Below are positions 9,538-19,771 of a stretch of 64,000 nt of DNA, piece by piece (the first letter of the stretch is position 1; every line of letters starts with the position of its first letter). The stretch is from assembly GCA_964456845.1 (NCBI GenBank), contig CAYWCV010000001.1, forward strand, positions 116,240 through 180,239. Direction: 5' to 3'. The notes under the pieces were generated by a model that saw only the letters and a list, made by a program, of their open reading frames with translations, did not search any database and had not been told where the DNA came from. Origin of the DNA: an uncultured Chitinophagales bacterium (GTDB lineage Bacteria > Bacteroidota > Rhodothermia > Balneolales > CAYWCV01). The translations under genes and the position numbers were made by a program.

Positions 9538-10947
9538 TCACTTTCGTTTGTGTTGCTCGAGCAATTTACGTTGCAAATTCATTAATCGACGGGTGATTCC
9601 AACCTTGTACTGATGCGGAAACTCAAAACGCCTGTATTCGGCACCCAAGTAGGCCAACCTTTTTTTAGCATACGACGCGGCCTCGTCAATAGTTGCAAGG
9701 TTTCGGACAAGCTCTCCCTTTGTGATGAATGGTTGGAGCAAACGTTCGCTCGCGAACGTGCTCAAATCCAGATTCTTCTCGGGGAAATAGGGGTGAAACA
9801 TGATTTTAACCGATTTTTCCGATTCCAGACAAATGGCGTCCGCAGTGAATTCTCCGTTCTCTCTCGAATATCGGATGACGTTTTTCTTATCCGGAAAATT
9901 CACTTTCACGATATTCTCGGAAATCTTGATCTTGGGCTTTGCACCAAATTTGGAAAGCTTATACACACCATCCAGTGCAGAATCATCGTGGCCAGTGACC
10001 AACCGTGTTCCTACTCCAAAAATGTCGACAGGTGCGCCTTGGTCAAGAATTGACTTCATGATGTACTCATCGAGCTGATTAGAAACAGCAATCTTTACGT
10101 ATTGCATCCCAGCTTTGTCGAGCATGATGCGAGCCTGGCGCGACAGATAGGCCAAGTCGCCGCTGTCGATGCGGATCGCCAAAAGCTTGTTTCCCGACTT
10201 CTCGAGATGCCTTGCTGTTTCTATTGCATTTGGCACGCCACTTCGGAGTGTGTCGTACGTATCGACAAGCAGCACAGTCGACGTCGGATATTGCTCTGCA
10301 TAGGCGACGAAAGCATCGAGTTCAGACTCGAACGACTGCACCCAGCTGTGTGCCATCGTTCCTGACAGCTTAAGGTTATAATCTCGAGCGGCGTACACAT
10401 TGGATGTGGCTTCGATGCCTCCAATAAAGGAAGCAACTGTGGCCTGTATGCCACCTAGACCTTGTGAACGCCTGAGCCCGAAGTCGAGCAGGGTGCGATT
10501 TCCCGCCGCCAGTCTCATCCTCGAAGCTTTCGTTGCAATAAGTGACGAAAAGTTAAGCACGTTCAACAGCAAGGTCTCAATGACCTGTGCCTCAACAATT
10601 GGAGCCTCAACCTGGAGGATAGGTGTAAGCGGAAAGATGATTTCGCCCTCGTTGACCGACCGAATGGTTCCACTGAAGCGAAATGTGCTCAAGTAAGACA
10701 AAAACTCCGGATGAAACCCTTTCGACCGCAAAAAGTCGATATCCTCCGGCTCAAACCTCAAATCCAAAAGCGTTCTCAGAAGGTCTCCTAGTCCGGCAAA
10801 CAACACATAGCCTCCTCCGAATGGGTTGTCGCGATAGAAGTAATCGAATACGGCGATTTCCTTCGACTTCCCTTGGTAGAAGTAGCCCTGCGCCATTGTC
10901 AACTCATAGAAGTCGGTGTACAAGGCCGCGTTCCTCAAAAAAGACAT
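9538..10947 (-). CDS. pncB: nicotinate phosphoribosyltransferase
   Basis: 469 aa. The N-terminus LYTDFYELTMAQGYF, then FGLRR and GTMAHSW, are typical of NAPRTase. Confidence 0.9.
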   Translation of the reverse strand: MSFLRNAALYTDFYELTMAQGYFYQGKSKEIAVFDYFYRDNPFGGGYVLFAGLGDLLRTLLDLRFEPEDIDFLRSKGFHPEFLSYLSTFRFSGTIRSVNEGEIIFPLTPILQVEAPIVEAQVIETLLLNVLNFSSLIATKASRMRLAAGNRTLLDFGLRRSQGLGGIQATVASFIGGIEATSNVYAARDYNLKLSGTMAHSWVQSFESELDAFVAYAEQYPTSTVLLVDTYDTLRSGVPNAIETARHLEKSGNKLLAIRIDSGDLAYLSRQARIMLDKAGMQYVKIAVSNQLDEYIMKSILDQGAPVDIFGVGTRLVTGHDDSALDGVYKLSKFGAKPKIKISENIVKVNFPDKKNVIRYSRENGEFTADAICLESEKSVKIMFHPYFPEKNLDLSTFASERLLQPFITKGELVRNLATIDEAASYAKKRLAYLGAEYRRFEFPHQYKVGITRRLMNLQRKLLEQHKRK

Positions 10948-10961
10948 GTTTGCTGTTGTTA

Positions 10962-11549
10962 CTAGTTAGACAAAGTTTCGTTTCGCCGTATGGTACGCAC
11001 ATCTCTCCAAACTCTAGATTGCGTTCTTAGGTCGAGCAATTCAAGGTTCAGCTCGTAGTTTGTAAGGTGCGGTGTGCCTGGGGCGGCTCGTGCGCCCAGC
11101 TCCGACAATACGATAAATTCGGCATTATGGCTCCTGCCCATCGCGATCAGATCTGCAATTGGGGTCACTGGGCTCATCCTACTTGTGTCTGGTAGTGCTA
11201 ATCCCGTCATTACCGTAGTAGTAGCTCGATTTTGCAACATTTGTTCAAATGCTACCTGCAATCCGTAGCTGTCGACTCGCTGTCCAGTCGTGTTTCGGAT
11301 GGGCGCCACGAGAATGGCAGGCCGTTTAGCTCGGTTTTGGTCGGCATATATCATCAACCATTCGGCCGTGCTCATGGTTTCGGCGAGCATCCGTAATTGC
11401 AGATGTGCATCAGTCTGGGACCAATCTACGTCCAACGTGTTGCCATTGCCTGGTTCAACAGTCTCCGATGTAGTGGTGCACATTTGGCTGAGCAAAGCTG
11501 CGACCACTAAAAGGATAAAAGCATTATACCTCAGATTTGATATCTTCAT
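10962..11549 (-). CDS. hypothetical lipoprotein, LpoB/TolB_N-like fold suspected
   Basis: A signal-peptide-like N-terminus begins at the ATG at 11549 (MKISNLRYNAFILLVVAALLSQMC). The body (ILVAPIRNTTGQRVD...FIVLSEL...ELNLELLDLRTQSRVW) resembles LpoB-type regulators. The function call is tentative. Confidence 0.45.
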   Translation of the reverse strand: MKISNLRYNAFILLVVAALLSQMCTTTSETVEPGNGNTLDVDWSQTDAHLQLRMLAETMSTAEWLMIYADQNRAKRPAILVAPIRNTTGQRVDSYGLQVAFEQMLQNRATTTVMTGLALPDTSRMSPVTPIADLIAMGRSHNAEFIVLSELGARAAPGTPHLTNYELNLELLDLRTQSRVWRDVRTIRRNETLSN

Positions 11550-11644
11550 GATGTAATGATAGCCAAATGCACATCTTATATCCACATATATTCGGGTTTT
11601 AGGCGTTAGTTCCACAGCTTTCACACATATTTATAAACGATATA

Positions 11645-12259
11645 ATGATCGAGTTGCCTCAGTATAAAACATACGTCAGCTTTTTATGTGGCCTGATGCT
11701 GACCATGTTCGTCCATATAGGCTCGGCCAAAGCCCAGACCGTTACCACGAATACCGACCATGCCATCCGTCTCATTGCAGCAGTAGCAGATTCCGTGTTA
11801 AAGGCGAACAACGTGCAAGGATACAGGCTGAATTTTGCCTATGATTATCCGGTGCGCATCAAACTGGTGGAAAGGTTGTTCTACATGGGGCATCGAGTCT
11901 ATGAAATTCCGACCGAGAATGCCGAAATCACTACTCTGAATGTGGACGCGCGGCTTACTTACAGGTTTATTGGAGGTGGTAAGAACGAATCGACAAGAAC
12001 CGCCGTCGGCACCATAGGCATTACTCTCACTCAATATGATGGTAGCATTACCGCAACTCATGTACAGCAAATCAACGAAAGTCATACGGTGATGGCAAAG
12101 CCAAGTGAGCTCGACGACGGCGTGTGGCCGATGGTTTCCTTTGCCAGCATTGATGACGGCGGGCGGAAAAAAAGATTAAAGCGTATCCTGGAGCCGGCAT
12201 TGATCGTAACGACTGCCGCTGTCACCATATTTCTGCTGTTCAACGTACGCACCCAATAA
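11645..12259 (+). CDS. hypothetical envelope protein (N-terminal signal peptide plus C-terminal TM anchor)
   Basis: 204 aa. Signal-like ...LMLTMFVHIGSAKAQ and a C-terminal hydrophobic helix ALIVTTAAVTIFLLF preceded by GGRKKRLKR. I recognise no family. Confidence 0.6.
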   Translation: MIELPQYKTYVSFLCGLMLTMFVHIGSAKAQTVTTNTDHAIRLIAAVADSVLKANNVQGYRLNFAYDYPVRIKLVERLFYMGHRVYEIPTENAEITTLNVDARLTYRFIGGGKNESTRTAVGTIGITLTQYDGSITATHVQQINESHTVMAKPSELDDGVWPMVSFASIDDGGRKKRLKRILEPALIVTTAAVTIFLLFNVRTQ

Positions 12260-12262
12260 CGC

Positions 12263-13831
12263 ATGATCCGCGTACTACTCATCACCGTGACATTTGTTTT
12301 GGCTGGTTGTGCCACACCTATTGCACCGACGGGCGGAGAACCGTCTAGAACCGCACCACAAGTAGTATCGAGCACACCAGAGCAGGGCAAAACGTTTTAC
12401 GAAGGTCGTGAGGTACGGTTTGAATTCGACCGTTTCATGAACAGGGGCTCTGCTTTGAGGGCTCTTCGAATTGAACCCGACTTTGGGATAGCCTACCGAA
12501 TAGGATGGAAACGGAAGACGATGGTCCTCTCGTTCGAACGCGACCTGCCCGACTCCGTAACCGTTATCATAAGTCTTGGCACAGAGCTGTCGGATGTGAA
12601 CAACAACCGGCTTGGACAGCCTTTCCTCCTGGCTTTTTCGACAGGTGCAGTAGTTGATTCGGCCGGAGTCGACATAGCCACTGTATCATTCGATAAGGTT
12701 AGGGGAGAGGAGGGGATGACCGTCGGTCTGTTCAGGGATTCAGCACCGGAAGCCGTTTACATGGCAGAATCGGACACATCCGGCATCGTGCGATTTCGGT
12801 ACGCCACACCTGGCAGCTATCGTGCCGTCCTTTTCGAGGACAGAAACCGTAACAGACGTTTGGATCAGGGAGAACGATCCACCCCTGCTGCCTCACCTGT
12901 GCTTGTGTCTGACGACAGCATTCGAACTGCGGCAACCATCATTTATGCCGAGCAAGACACCGTCAGACCATCGGTTTTGGGTATTGGTTTATTGTCGGAG
13001 AACAGGATCAGGATCCGTTTCAGCGAATCGGTTCAATTAAGCAACCGATCAACAATTACGGTTCAAACATCTGAAGACGTCATCAACGCAAGCTGGCTTT
13101 ACACCGAACCGGACGATCCAACGATTGCCTATGCCAGGAGCAGCTTGCCGCTGAAACCATTGAACACGTACACCATACATATGGATGGGGTTTCGGATCG
13201 ACAGGGAAACGCAGTCGAGGTGTACGATCGCGAATTTATGGGCTCTGCACAGACAGACACCACACGCATCCGGATTATCCGATTGCCAGCAGCCGGTATT
13301 GTGACACCCTCCGATTCACTGATGATCATTTACAGCGACATCTTAAGCGAATCGTTCATTATGGATTCGCTTACCGTGATTGACGGCGATCGCTCCGTCA
13401 AGCCTTGGACGGATTATGAATTAACAGCTAACCGAATGAAGGTATTCCGCAGTGGCGGGTGGAGAGTTGGTCAACAGTACCAGCTGCGGACTTGGAACCC
13501 GGTTGAGCTGCGGTTCTCGACGTACTCATTCCGAGTAGAAGACCCCACCTCGTTTGGAAGTATTGAAGTCGTGTTTCCCGACGATTGGACCGGACAAAAA
13601 ATTGTCGAATTGGTGATGGATGGTGAAACGGTTCGTAGAAGGGTATCCGAGGATTCATCGATAGTGGTGGAATCGATACCTGAAGGCACCTATTCTATTC
13701 GTGCGTGGATTGATCGCAACGGTAATGGGAAATGGGACCAACCTGGGGCGTCACAACCTGGAGAAACGGTATACCTGCAGCGCTCAATACCCGTTATTCC
13801 AAGGATGACGTCAACCATAACGGTCGAGTAG
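12263..13831 (+). CDS. Ig-like (SbsA/Big_5-like) domain lipoprotein
   Basis: 522 aa with the lipoprotein signal MIRVLLITVTFVLAGC. Repeated beta-rich modules with the pattern P.V....P..G resemble Ig-like SbsA domains. The C-terminal segment YSIRAWIDRNGNGKWD is DUF2141-like. It begins 3 nt after the previous stop. Confidence 0.6.
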   Translation: MIRVLLITVTFVLAGCATPIAPTGGEPSRTAPQVVSSTPEQGKTFYEGREVRFEFDRFMNRGSALRALRIEPDFGIAYRIGWKRKTMVLSFERDLPDSVTVIISLGTELSDVNNNRLGQPFLLAFSTGAVVDSAGVDIATVSFDKVRGEEGMTVGLFRDSAPEAVYMAESDTSGIVRFRYATPGSYRAVLFEDRNRNRRLDQGERSTPAASPVLVSDDSIRTAATIIYAEQDTVRPSVLGIGLLSENRIRIRFSESVQLSNRSTITVQTSEDVINASWLYTEPDDPTIAYARSSLPLKPLNTYTIHMDGVSDRQGNAVEVYDREFMGSAQTDTTRIRIIRLPAAGIVTPSDSLMIIYSDILSESFIMDSLTVIDGDRSVKPWTDYELTANRMKVFRSGGWRVGQQYQLRTWNPVELRFSTYSFRVEDPTSFGSIEVVFPDDWTGQKIVELVMDGETVRRRVSEDSSIVVESIPEGTYSIRAWIDRNGNGKWDQPGASQPGETVYLQRSIPVIPRMTSTITVE

Positions 13832-13925
13832 GCCGCCGGGAGTGGCAGATAGACGGAATGACAGTGAGCAAAATTATTGTTAATTTTGTTACCTAATTTA
13901 AATTCGCAGTTTGAGTCAACGTTTC

Positions 13926-16900
13926 ATGTCCAATTCAAGAGTAGGATCCATTGAAGACCATCGCATCGTGAACGGTGTGTATCAAAGTGTCAATAAAGTC
14001 AGGCTGGTGACTGCTGCCAGCCTTTTCGACGGGCATGATGCCAGCATCAACATTATGCGTCGCATCTTGCAGTCGAGCGGTGCGGAGGTCATCCATTTGG
14101 GCCACAATCGAAGCGTAGGCGAAATCGTAGACTGTGCCATTCAGGAAGATGCCCAAGGCATAGCGATCAGTTCCTACCAGGGTGGGCACATGGAGTATTT
14201 TGCCTACATGGTTGACCTTCTGCGCGAGAAGGGTGCTTCGCATATCAAGGTTTTTGGCGGCGGTGGCGGAGTGATCGTCGAAGAGGAGATCAACCAGCTT
14301 CATGCGCATGGAGTGACGCACATTTTTTCGGTTGAGGACGGACGTACCATGGGGCTGCAAGGTATGATTAACTTTATCCTTGGCCACTGCGACTACGACA
14401 CCGTACAGATGCATGCTCCCGAGCTTGCTCGGATCGACCGAACAGACCCCGCCAATATCGGAAGGCTGATCACTGCGCTTGAGAACGGTCACGAAGACAT
14501 CATCCGTTTCGACGGCGACCGCCTCACCGTTGGTGGGCATAAACTGGTCGAATCGCGGGACAATGTGCCCATTTTGGGTATTACTGGCACTGGAGGAGCA
14601 GGGAAGAGTTCTCTCACCGATGAAATCATTTTGCGTTTCCGCAATGAGCTTCCGGATGTGACGATCGCTGTGATCAGCGTGGATCCTAGCAAAAAGCGCT
14701 CCGGTGGTGCATTGTTGGGCGACAGAATTCGCATGAACAGCATTCATCACCCGAATTTCTACATGCGCAGCATGGCCACTCGGGCTGAAAACCGGGCCAC
14801 GAGCGCATCAATTCGAGGAGTAGTTGAGCTTTGCAAGCACGCCGGTTATGATTTCATCATCGTCGAGACAAGCGGCATTGGCCAAAGTGACACCGAGATT
14901 ACCGAAATTGCTGACATTTCGGCATATGTTATGACCTCAGAGTTTGGAGCAGCCACCCAGCTCGAGAAAATCAACATGCTGGATTTTGCCCATTTGGTGG
15001 TCATCAACAAATTTGAAAAGAAGGGGTCTAACGACGCTCTAAGATCCGTCCGTAAGCAATACAAACGCAACCATAACCTGTGGCATGCCGACGATTCAAG
15101 TCTTCCGGTATACCCGACAATGGCTTCCCAATTCAATGACGAGGGCGTGAACCGCCTGTTTGCCAAGCTCGTCGAAATCACAAACCAGCTGTACAAGACC
15201 AACTGGACTCCACCAAATCTTGTGATGACGGCACCAGCTGAAGATTTGCAGGCTCAATCGCTCATCCCAGGTTCGCGTCAACGGTATCTGTCCGATATTG
15301 CCGATTCGATACGCGGGTATCACCGTTGGGCATCCTCACAGGCCGAATTGGCCCACAAATGGCAGGCCGCCGCCACAACGGCCGACATGCTTGGCGAGGC
15401 CAGCGAACTGGAGTCGGTCAAGTTGATTGCCGAAAAATTGTATGACCAACTCGATGGCAGCAGCAAGAGCATTTTAAGAAGCTGGGACGAGATGGTGTCG
15501 CAGTACCGCGGCGATGTGCTTGAAACACGTGTTCGCGACAAGGTGATTACAAACGACCTGAACACGGTGTCGCTAAGCGGACTTAAAATTCCGCGGGTTG
15601 CAGTGCCAACCTATCGTGACCGAGGCGATCAGCTTCTATTTGCACTGAAGGAGAACCTGCCGGGATTTTTCCCCTACACGGCTGGTGTCTTCCCATTTAA
15701 ACGTACCGAGGAGGACCCTGCCCGAATGTTTGCCGGCGAAGGCACGCCGGAGCGCACAAACAGGCGATTTCATTATATCAGTGAGGGACTTCCTGCCAAG
15801 CGACTGAGCACAGCGTTCGATTCGGTCACGCTCTATGGAGAAGACCCTGCACTTAGGCCTGACATTTATGGAAAGATAGGCAACTCGGGCGTGAGCATCT
15901 GCACCCTCGACGACATGAAGAAGCTCTATTCCGGATTCGAGCTCACCGACCCGACAACCTCTGTGTCGATGACGATCAACGGGCCGGCGCCAATGATTTT
16001 GGCCATGTTTATGAACACGGCCATCGACCAGGAAGTCGAAAGACACCTGCGCAGAAATGGTCTTTGGGACGACGCCCTTCGCACCGTGAAAGCCCTTCTG
16101 GAGTCGGGCGGGAATGCCTTGCCTCACTACGCCGGCGAATTGCCGCTGGGTAACGACGGCTTTGGGTTGGGTTTGTTGGGTATTACCGGCGACAGGCTCA
16201 TCGATCCTGAGACCTACGGTAACATACGCTCAGAAACGCTCCGTACCGTGCGGGGCACCGTTCAGGCAGATATCCTCAAAGAAGACCAGGCACAAAACAC
16301 ATGTATTTTCAGTACCGAGTTTGCGCTTCGAATGATGGGGGATGTCCAGTCTTTTTTCACTGCCAATCAGGTCCGCAATTATTATTCGGTGTCCATTTCC
16401 GGGTATCACATTGCCGAGGCTGGGGCCAACCCCATCACTCAGGCAGCTTTTACCTTGGCGAACGGTTTCACATTTGTGGAATACTACCTGTCTCGCGGCA
16501 TGAGCGTCGACGATTTTGCTCATAATTTGTCCTTCTTTTTCAGCAACGGCCTGGATCCCGAATATGCTGTCATAGGACGTGTTGCCAGACGCATATGGTC
16601 TATTGCCATGAAGAACCGCTACCGTGCAAACGACCGCTCCCAAAAGCTGAAGTATCACATTCAGACCAGCGGACGCTCGCTGCATGCGCAGGAGATCCAG
16701 TTCAACGATATTCGCACATCGTTACAGGCTTTGATGGCTATCTATGACAATTGCAACTCATTGCACACAAATGCCTACGACGAAGCCATCACAACGCCGA
16801 CCGAGGAGTCGGTCCGCCGGGCCCTTGCCATCCAGCTCATCATCAACAAAGAGTTGGGCATGTCAAAGAATGAAAATCCGCTGCAAGGGTCGTTCATTAT

Positions 16901-17354
16901 TGAAGAGCTCACCGATCTTGTCGAGGAGGCCATATTGGCCGAGTTCGACCGCCTCACTGAACGGGGAGGTGTGCTCGGCGCGATGGAGACCATGTACCAA
17001 CGTGGCAAGATTCAGGATGAAAGCCTTTATTACGAAACCCTAAAGCATGACGGGCGACTGCCCATCATCGGCGTGAACACGTTCGTCGACAAAAAAGGTG
17101 ACGGCGAACAGGACAAGCCTCTAGAATTGATCCGCAGCACTGAGGACGAAAAGCGCCAGCAGATACATAACCTTGAGCTATTTCAGCGTATCCATTCCGA
17201 CAGCACCCAGCCGGCCCTTGAAAAACTGACAAAGATCGCACAATCGGGCGGAAATGTCTTTGAAGAGCTGATGGAGACGGTCAAAGTGGCTTCACTCGGC
17301 CAAATATCGGCTGCACTCTATCTTACCGGAGGCCAATACCGCAGAAACATGTAG
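13926..17354 (+). CDS. icmF: fused isobutyryl-CoA mutase (B12-binding domain, MeaB-like GTPase, mutase TIM barrel)
   Basis: About 1140 aa. The N-terminal B12 domain has [16 protein letters not shown]...GHN. A G-protein P-loop [16 protein letters not shown] and NKFEKKG follow. The C-terminal methylmalonyl-CoA-mutase-like domain has [12 protein letters not shown] and [26 protein letters not shown] at 13911 is an alternative start. Confidence 0.88.
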   Translation: MSNSRVGSIEDHRIVNGVYQSVNKVRLVTAASLFDGHDASINIMRRILQSSGAEVIHLGHNRSVGEIVDCAIQEDAQGIAISSYQGGHMEYFAYMVDLLREKGASHIKVFGGGGGVIVEEEINQLHAHGVTHIFSVEDGRTMGLQGMINFILGHCDYDTVQMHAPELARIDRTDPANIGRLITALENGHEDIIRFDGDRLTVGGHKLVESRDNVPILGITGTGGAGKSSLTDEIILRFRNELPDVTIAVISVDPSKKRSGGALLGDRIRMNSIHHPNFYMRSMATRAENRATSASIRGVVELCKHAGYDFIIVETSGIGQSDTEITEIADISAYVMTSEFGAATQLEKINMLDFAHLVVINKFEKKGSNDALRSVRKQYKRNHNLWHADDSSLPVYPTMASQFNDEGVNRLFAKLVEITNQLYKTNWTPPNLVMTAPAEDLQAQSLIPGSRQRYLSDIADSIRGYHRWASSQAELAHKWQAAATTADMLGEASELESVKLIAEKLYDQLDGSSKSILRSWDEMVSQYRGDVLETRVRDKVITNDLNTVSLSGLKIPRVAVPTYRDRGDQLLFALKENLPGFFPYTAGVFPFKRTEEDPARMFAGEGTPERTNRRFHYISEGLPAKRLSTAFDSVTLYGEDPALRPDIYGKIGNSGVSICTLDDMKKLYSGFELTDPTTSVSMTINGPAPMILAMFMNTAIDQEVERHLRRNGLWDDALRTVKALLESGGNALPHYAGELPLGNDGFGLGLLGITGDRLIDPETYGNIRSETLRTVRGTVQADILKEDQAQNTCIFSTEFALRMMGDVQSFFTANQVRNYYSVSISGYHIAEAGANPITQAAFTLANGFTFVEYYLSRGMSVDDFAHNLSFFFSNGLDPEYAVIGRVARRIWSIAMKNRYRANDRSQKLKYHIQTSGRSLHAQEIQFNDIRTSLQALMAIYDNCNSLHTNAYDEAITTPTEESVRRALAIQLIINKELGMSKNENPLQGSFIIEELTDLVEEAILAEFDRLTERGGVLGAMETMYQRGKIQDESLYYETLKHDGRLPIIGVNTFVDKKGDGEQDKPLELIRSTEDEKRQQIHNLELFQRIHSDSTQPALEKLTKIAQSGGNVFEELMETVKVASLGQISAALYLTGGQYRRNM

Positions 17355-17387
17355 ATCTGAACCGACGGACGTGCGATTTTCGTGTTA

Positions 17388-17416
17388 TTCTTATTAAGAT
17401 TTGATCCGAATAAGAA
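17388..17416. repeat. 8-bp inverted repeat TTCTTATT/AATAAGAA with a 13-nt spacer, between the icmF stop and the sufB start
   Basis: Read directly from the sequence (17388-17395 pairs with 17409-17416). It could be a weak AT-rich icmF terminator or a suf operator. Function is unknown. Confidence 0.4.
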
Positions 17417-17517
17417 CGCTCATTCTTTGTATATTGTTGTCTTAAACAACTATGGGGCGAACGGAAGGCAGATAATGCCCGTTATGTCTCTGAACCACCT
17501 GCTAATTTTTTTTCACA

Positions 17518-18960
17518 ATGAGTGACACGGATTTTCTGAGCTCGTATGTTGGGCAAGATTACAAATACGGATTCGTCACCGATATCGAATACGACGAATT
17601 TCCCAGAGGATTAAGTGAGGACATCATCAGGGAGATTTCACGGCGCAAGGATGAGCCTGATTTCATGCTCGAGTTTAGGCTCAAAGCATATCGCCATTGG
17701 CTCACGATGACCGAGCCTGAATGGCCGAACGTGACCTACCCAAAGATCGACTATCAGGATATCATCTATTATTCTGTGCCCAAACAGAAGGCCAAACTGG
17801 ACAGCCTTGATCAGGTCGATCCAAAGATTCTGGAAACCTACGAGAAATTGGGTATACCGCTCACCGAGCAAAAAATGTTGGCAAATGTTGCCGTTGATGC
17901 TGTTTTCGACAGTGTTTCGATCGGGACGACCTTCAAGAAGAAATTGGCTGATGCGGGCGTAATCTTCTGCTCAATTTCCGAAGCTGTCAAAGAGCACCCA
18001 GATCTCATCAAACAGTATTTGGGATCAGTCGTACCTCCGGGCGACAACTACTTTGCGGCTCTCAACTCGGCCGTGTTCAGCGACGGTTCTTTTGTGTATG
18101 TTCCGAAGGGTGTCACCTCGCCCATGGAGCTTTCCACGTACTTCCGCATCAACAATGCCGACTCCGGCCAATTTGAGCGCACCCTCATCATTGCCGAGGA
18201 AAGCAGCTATGTGAGTTACCTTGAGGGTTGTACGGCTCCCATGTTTGATACGAACCAGCTGCATGCGGCAGTTGTGGAATTAGTGGCATTAGACAATGCC
18301 GAAATCAAGTATTCTACGGTGCAGAACTGGTACGCGGGCGACGAGAACGGCATTGGTGGCATCTACAATTTTGTGACCAAGCGCGGCATCTGTAAGGGCG
18401 CCCACTCGAAGATTTCGTGGACGCAGGTGGAGACGGGATCGTCGATCACCTGGAAATACCCTAGTGTTATACTAAAGGGTGACTACTCCATCGGCGAATT
18501 CTATTCGGTTGCTCTCACGAACAACCGCATGCAGGCCGACACCGGCACCAAGATGATCCATTTGGGTAAACACACCCGCAGTACCATCGTTTCGAAGGGC
18601 ATTTCTGCTGGCAAATCGAACAACAGCTACCGCGGACTTGTTCGCATTGGTCCGAAGGCTGACTACGCCCGCAACTATTCCGTATGCGACTCCATGCTGA
18701 TCGGTGACCGTTGTGGTGCCAACACCTTCCCTTACATCGAGTCGAAAAACAATACGGCCAGCATCGAACATGAGGCTACGACGTCGAAAATTGGCGAAGA
18801 CCAGATTTTTTACCTTCAACAGAGAGGGCTCAGCGAGGAGGATGCCATTTCAATGATCATCAACGGTTTCTGCAAGGACGTGTTCCGCGAACTGCCGCTT
18901 GAGTTTGCGGTGGAGGCACAGAAACTATTGGGCATCAAGCTTGAAGGCAGCGTCGGCTAA
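17518..18960 (+). CDS. sufB: Fe-S cluster assembly protein SufB
   Basis: 480 aa. YKYGF, STVQNWY and [13 protein letters not shown]...[25 protein letters not shown] are the classic SufB pattern. Confidence 0.95.
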   Translation: MSDTDFLSSYVGQDYKYGFVTDIEYDEFPRGLSEDIIREISRRKDEPDFMLEFRLKAYRHWLTMTEPEWPNVTYPKIDYQDIIYYSVPKQKAKLDSLDQVDPKILETYEKLGIPLTEQKMLANVAVDAVFDSVSIGTTFKKKLADAGVIFCSISEAVKEHPDLIKQYLGSVVPPGDNYFAALNSAVFSDGSFVYVPKGVTSPMELSTYFRINNADSGQFERTLIIAEESSYVSYLEGCTAPMFDTNQLHAAVVELVALDNAEIKYSTVQNWYAGDENGIGGIYNFVTKRGICKGAHSKISWTQVETGSSITWKYPSVILKGDYSIGEFYSVALTNNRMQADTGTKMIHLGKHTRSTIVSKGISAGKSNNSYRGLVRIGPKADYARNYSVCDSMLIGDRCGANTFPYIESKNNTASIEHEATTSKIGEDQIFYLQQRGLSEEDAISMIINGFCKDVFRELPLEFAVEAQKLLGIKLEGSVG

Positions 18961-18992
18961 ACAGAATTTCAATCAACCAAACTAGTATCATC

Positions 18993-19760
18993 GTGTTAGT
19001 AATCAGAAACTTACATGCTACCATCGAAGACAAGCCGGTACTTCGTGGTCTGGACTTAGAAGTCAACGCAGGAGAGATTCACGCAATCATGGGTCCGAAC
19101 GGCTCAGGAAAGAGCACTCTTGTCAAGATCATAGCGGGCCACCCTGCCTATGAAGTCACTGAAGGGGAGATCATCTACAACGGCGAGAGCCTGTTGGATC
19201 TGGAACCCGAGGAGAGGGCACAGAAGGGCGTGTTCATGGCATTTCAGTACCCGGTCGAAATACCCGGCGTCACGAACATGAGCTTCCTCCGCCAGGCGTT
19301 AAATTCGGTTAAAAAGGCAAACGGCGAAGAGGAACTCGACCCGATCGAATTTGACGATTTCGTGCGCGAAAAAATGGCCTTGGTCGAAATGGGAGACGAA
19401 CTGCTCAACCGCAGTGTGAATACGGGTTTTTCTGGCGGCGAAAAAAAGCGTAACGAGATCTTGCAGATGGCTGTTCTTCAGCCGAAGCTCTCGCTGTTAG
19501 ACGAAACCGATTCTGGCCTCGACATTGACGCCTTGCGCATCGTTGCCAAAGGCATCAACGAACTCGCCAACGAGAACAACGCGGTACTGATGGTGACGCA
19601 CTATCAGCGTTTGCTCAATTACGTGGTGCCAGACAAAGTGCACGTGCTGGTAGATGGCCGTATTGTGAAATCCGGCGGCAAAGAATTGGCTCTCGAGCTC
19701 GAAGACAAAGGTTATGAGTGGGTCGATCAAGACAAATTCCATGTAAACGGCAACGCCTGA
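18993..19760 (+). CDS. sufC: Fe-S cluster assembly ATPase SufC
   Basis: 255 aa with a GTG start. Walker A GPNGSGKST, ABC signature FSGGEKKR, and Walker B LSLLDETDSGLD. Confidence 0.95.
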   Translation: MLVIRNLHATIEDKPVLRGLDLEVNAGEIHAIMGPNGSGKSTLVKIIAGHPAYEVTEGEIIYNGESLLDLEPEERAQKGVFMAFQYPVEIPGVTNMSFLRQALNSVKKANGEEELDPIEFDDFVREKMALVEMGDELLNRSVNTGFSGGEKKRNEILQMAVLQPKLSLLDETDSGLDIDALRIVAKGINELANENNAVLMVTHYQRLLNYVVPDKVHVLVDGRIVKSGGKELALELEDKGYEWVDQDKFHVNGNA

Positions 19761-19771
19761 AAGGGGTTAAT

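Noticed and set aside
13881-13888. TAATTTTG, which matches the Bacteroidota -7 promoter consensus TAnnTTTG, upstream of icmF
   Set aside because: No TTTG -33 partner lies at the expected spacing, and it is unknown whether this lineage uses that promoter type. This is too weak to call as a feature.
13935-14750. 271-aa ORF antisense to the 5' part of icmF
   Set aside because: It is a shadow ORF of a strongly supported CDS (B12 domain plus G-protein P-loop on the plus strand). It has no recognisable domain.
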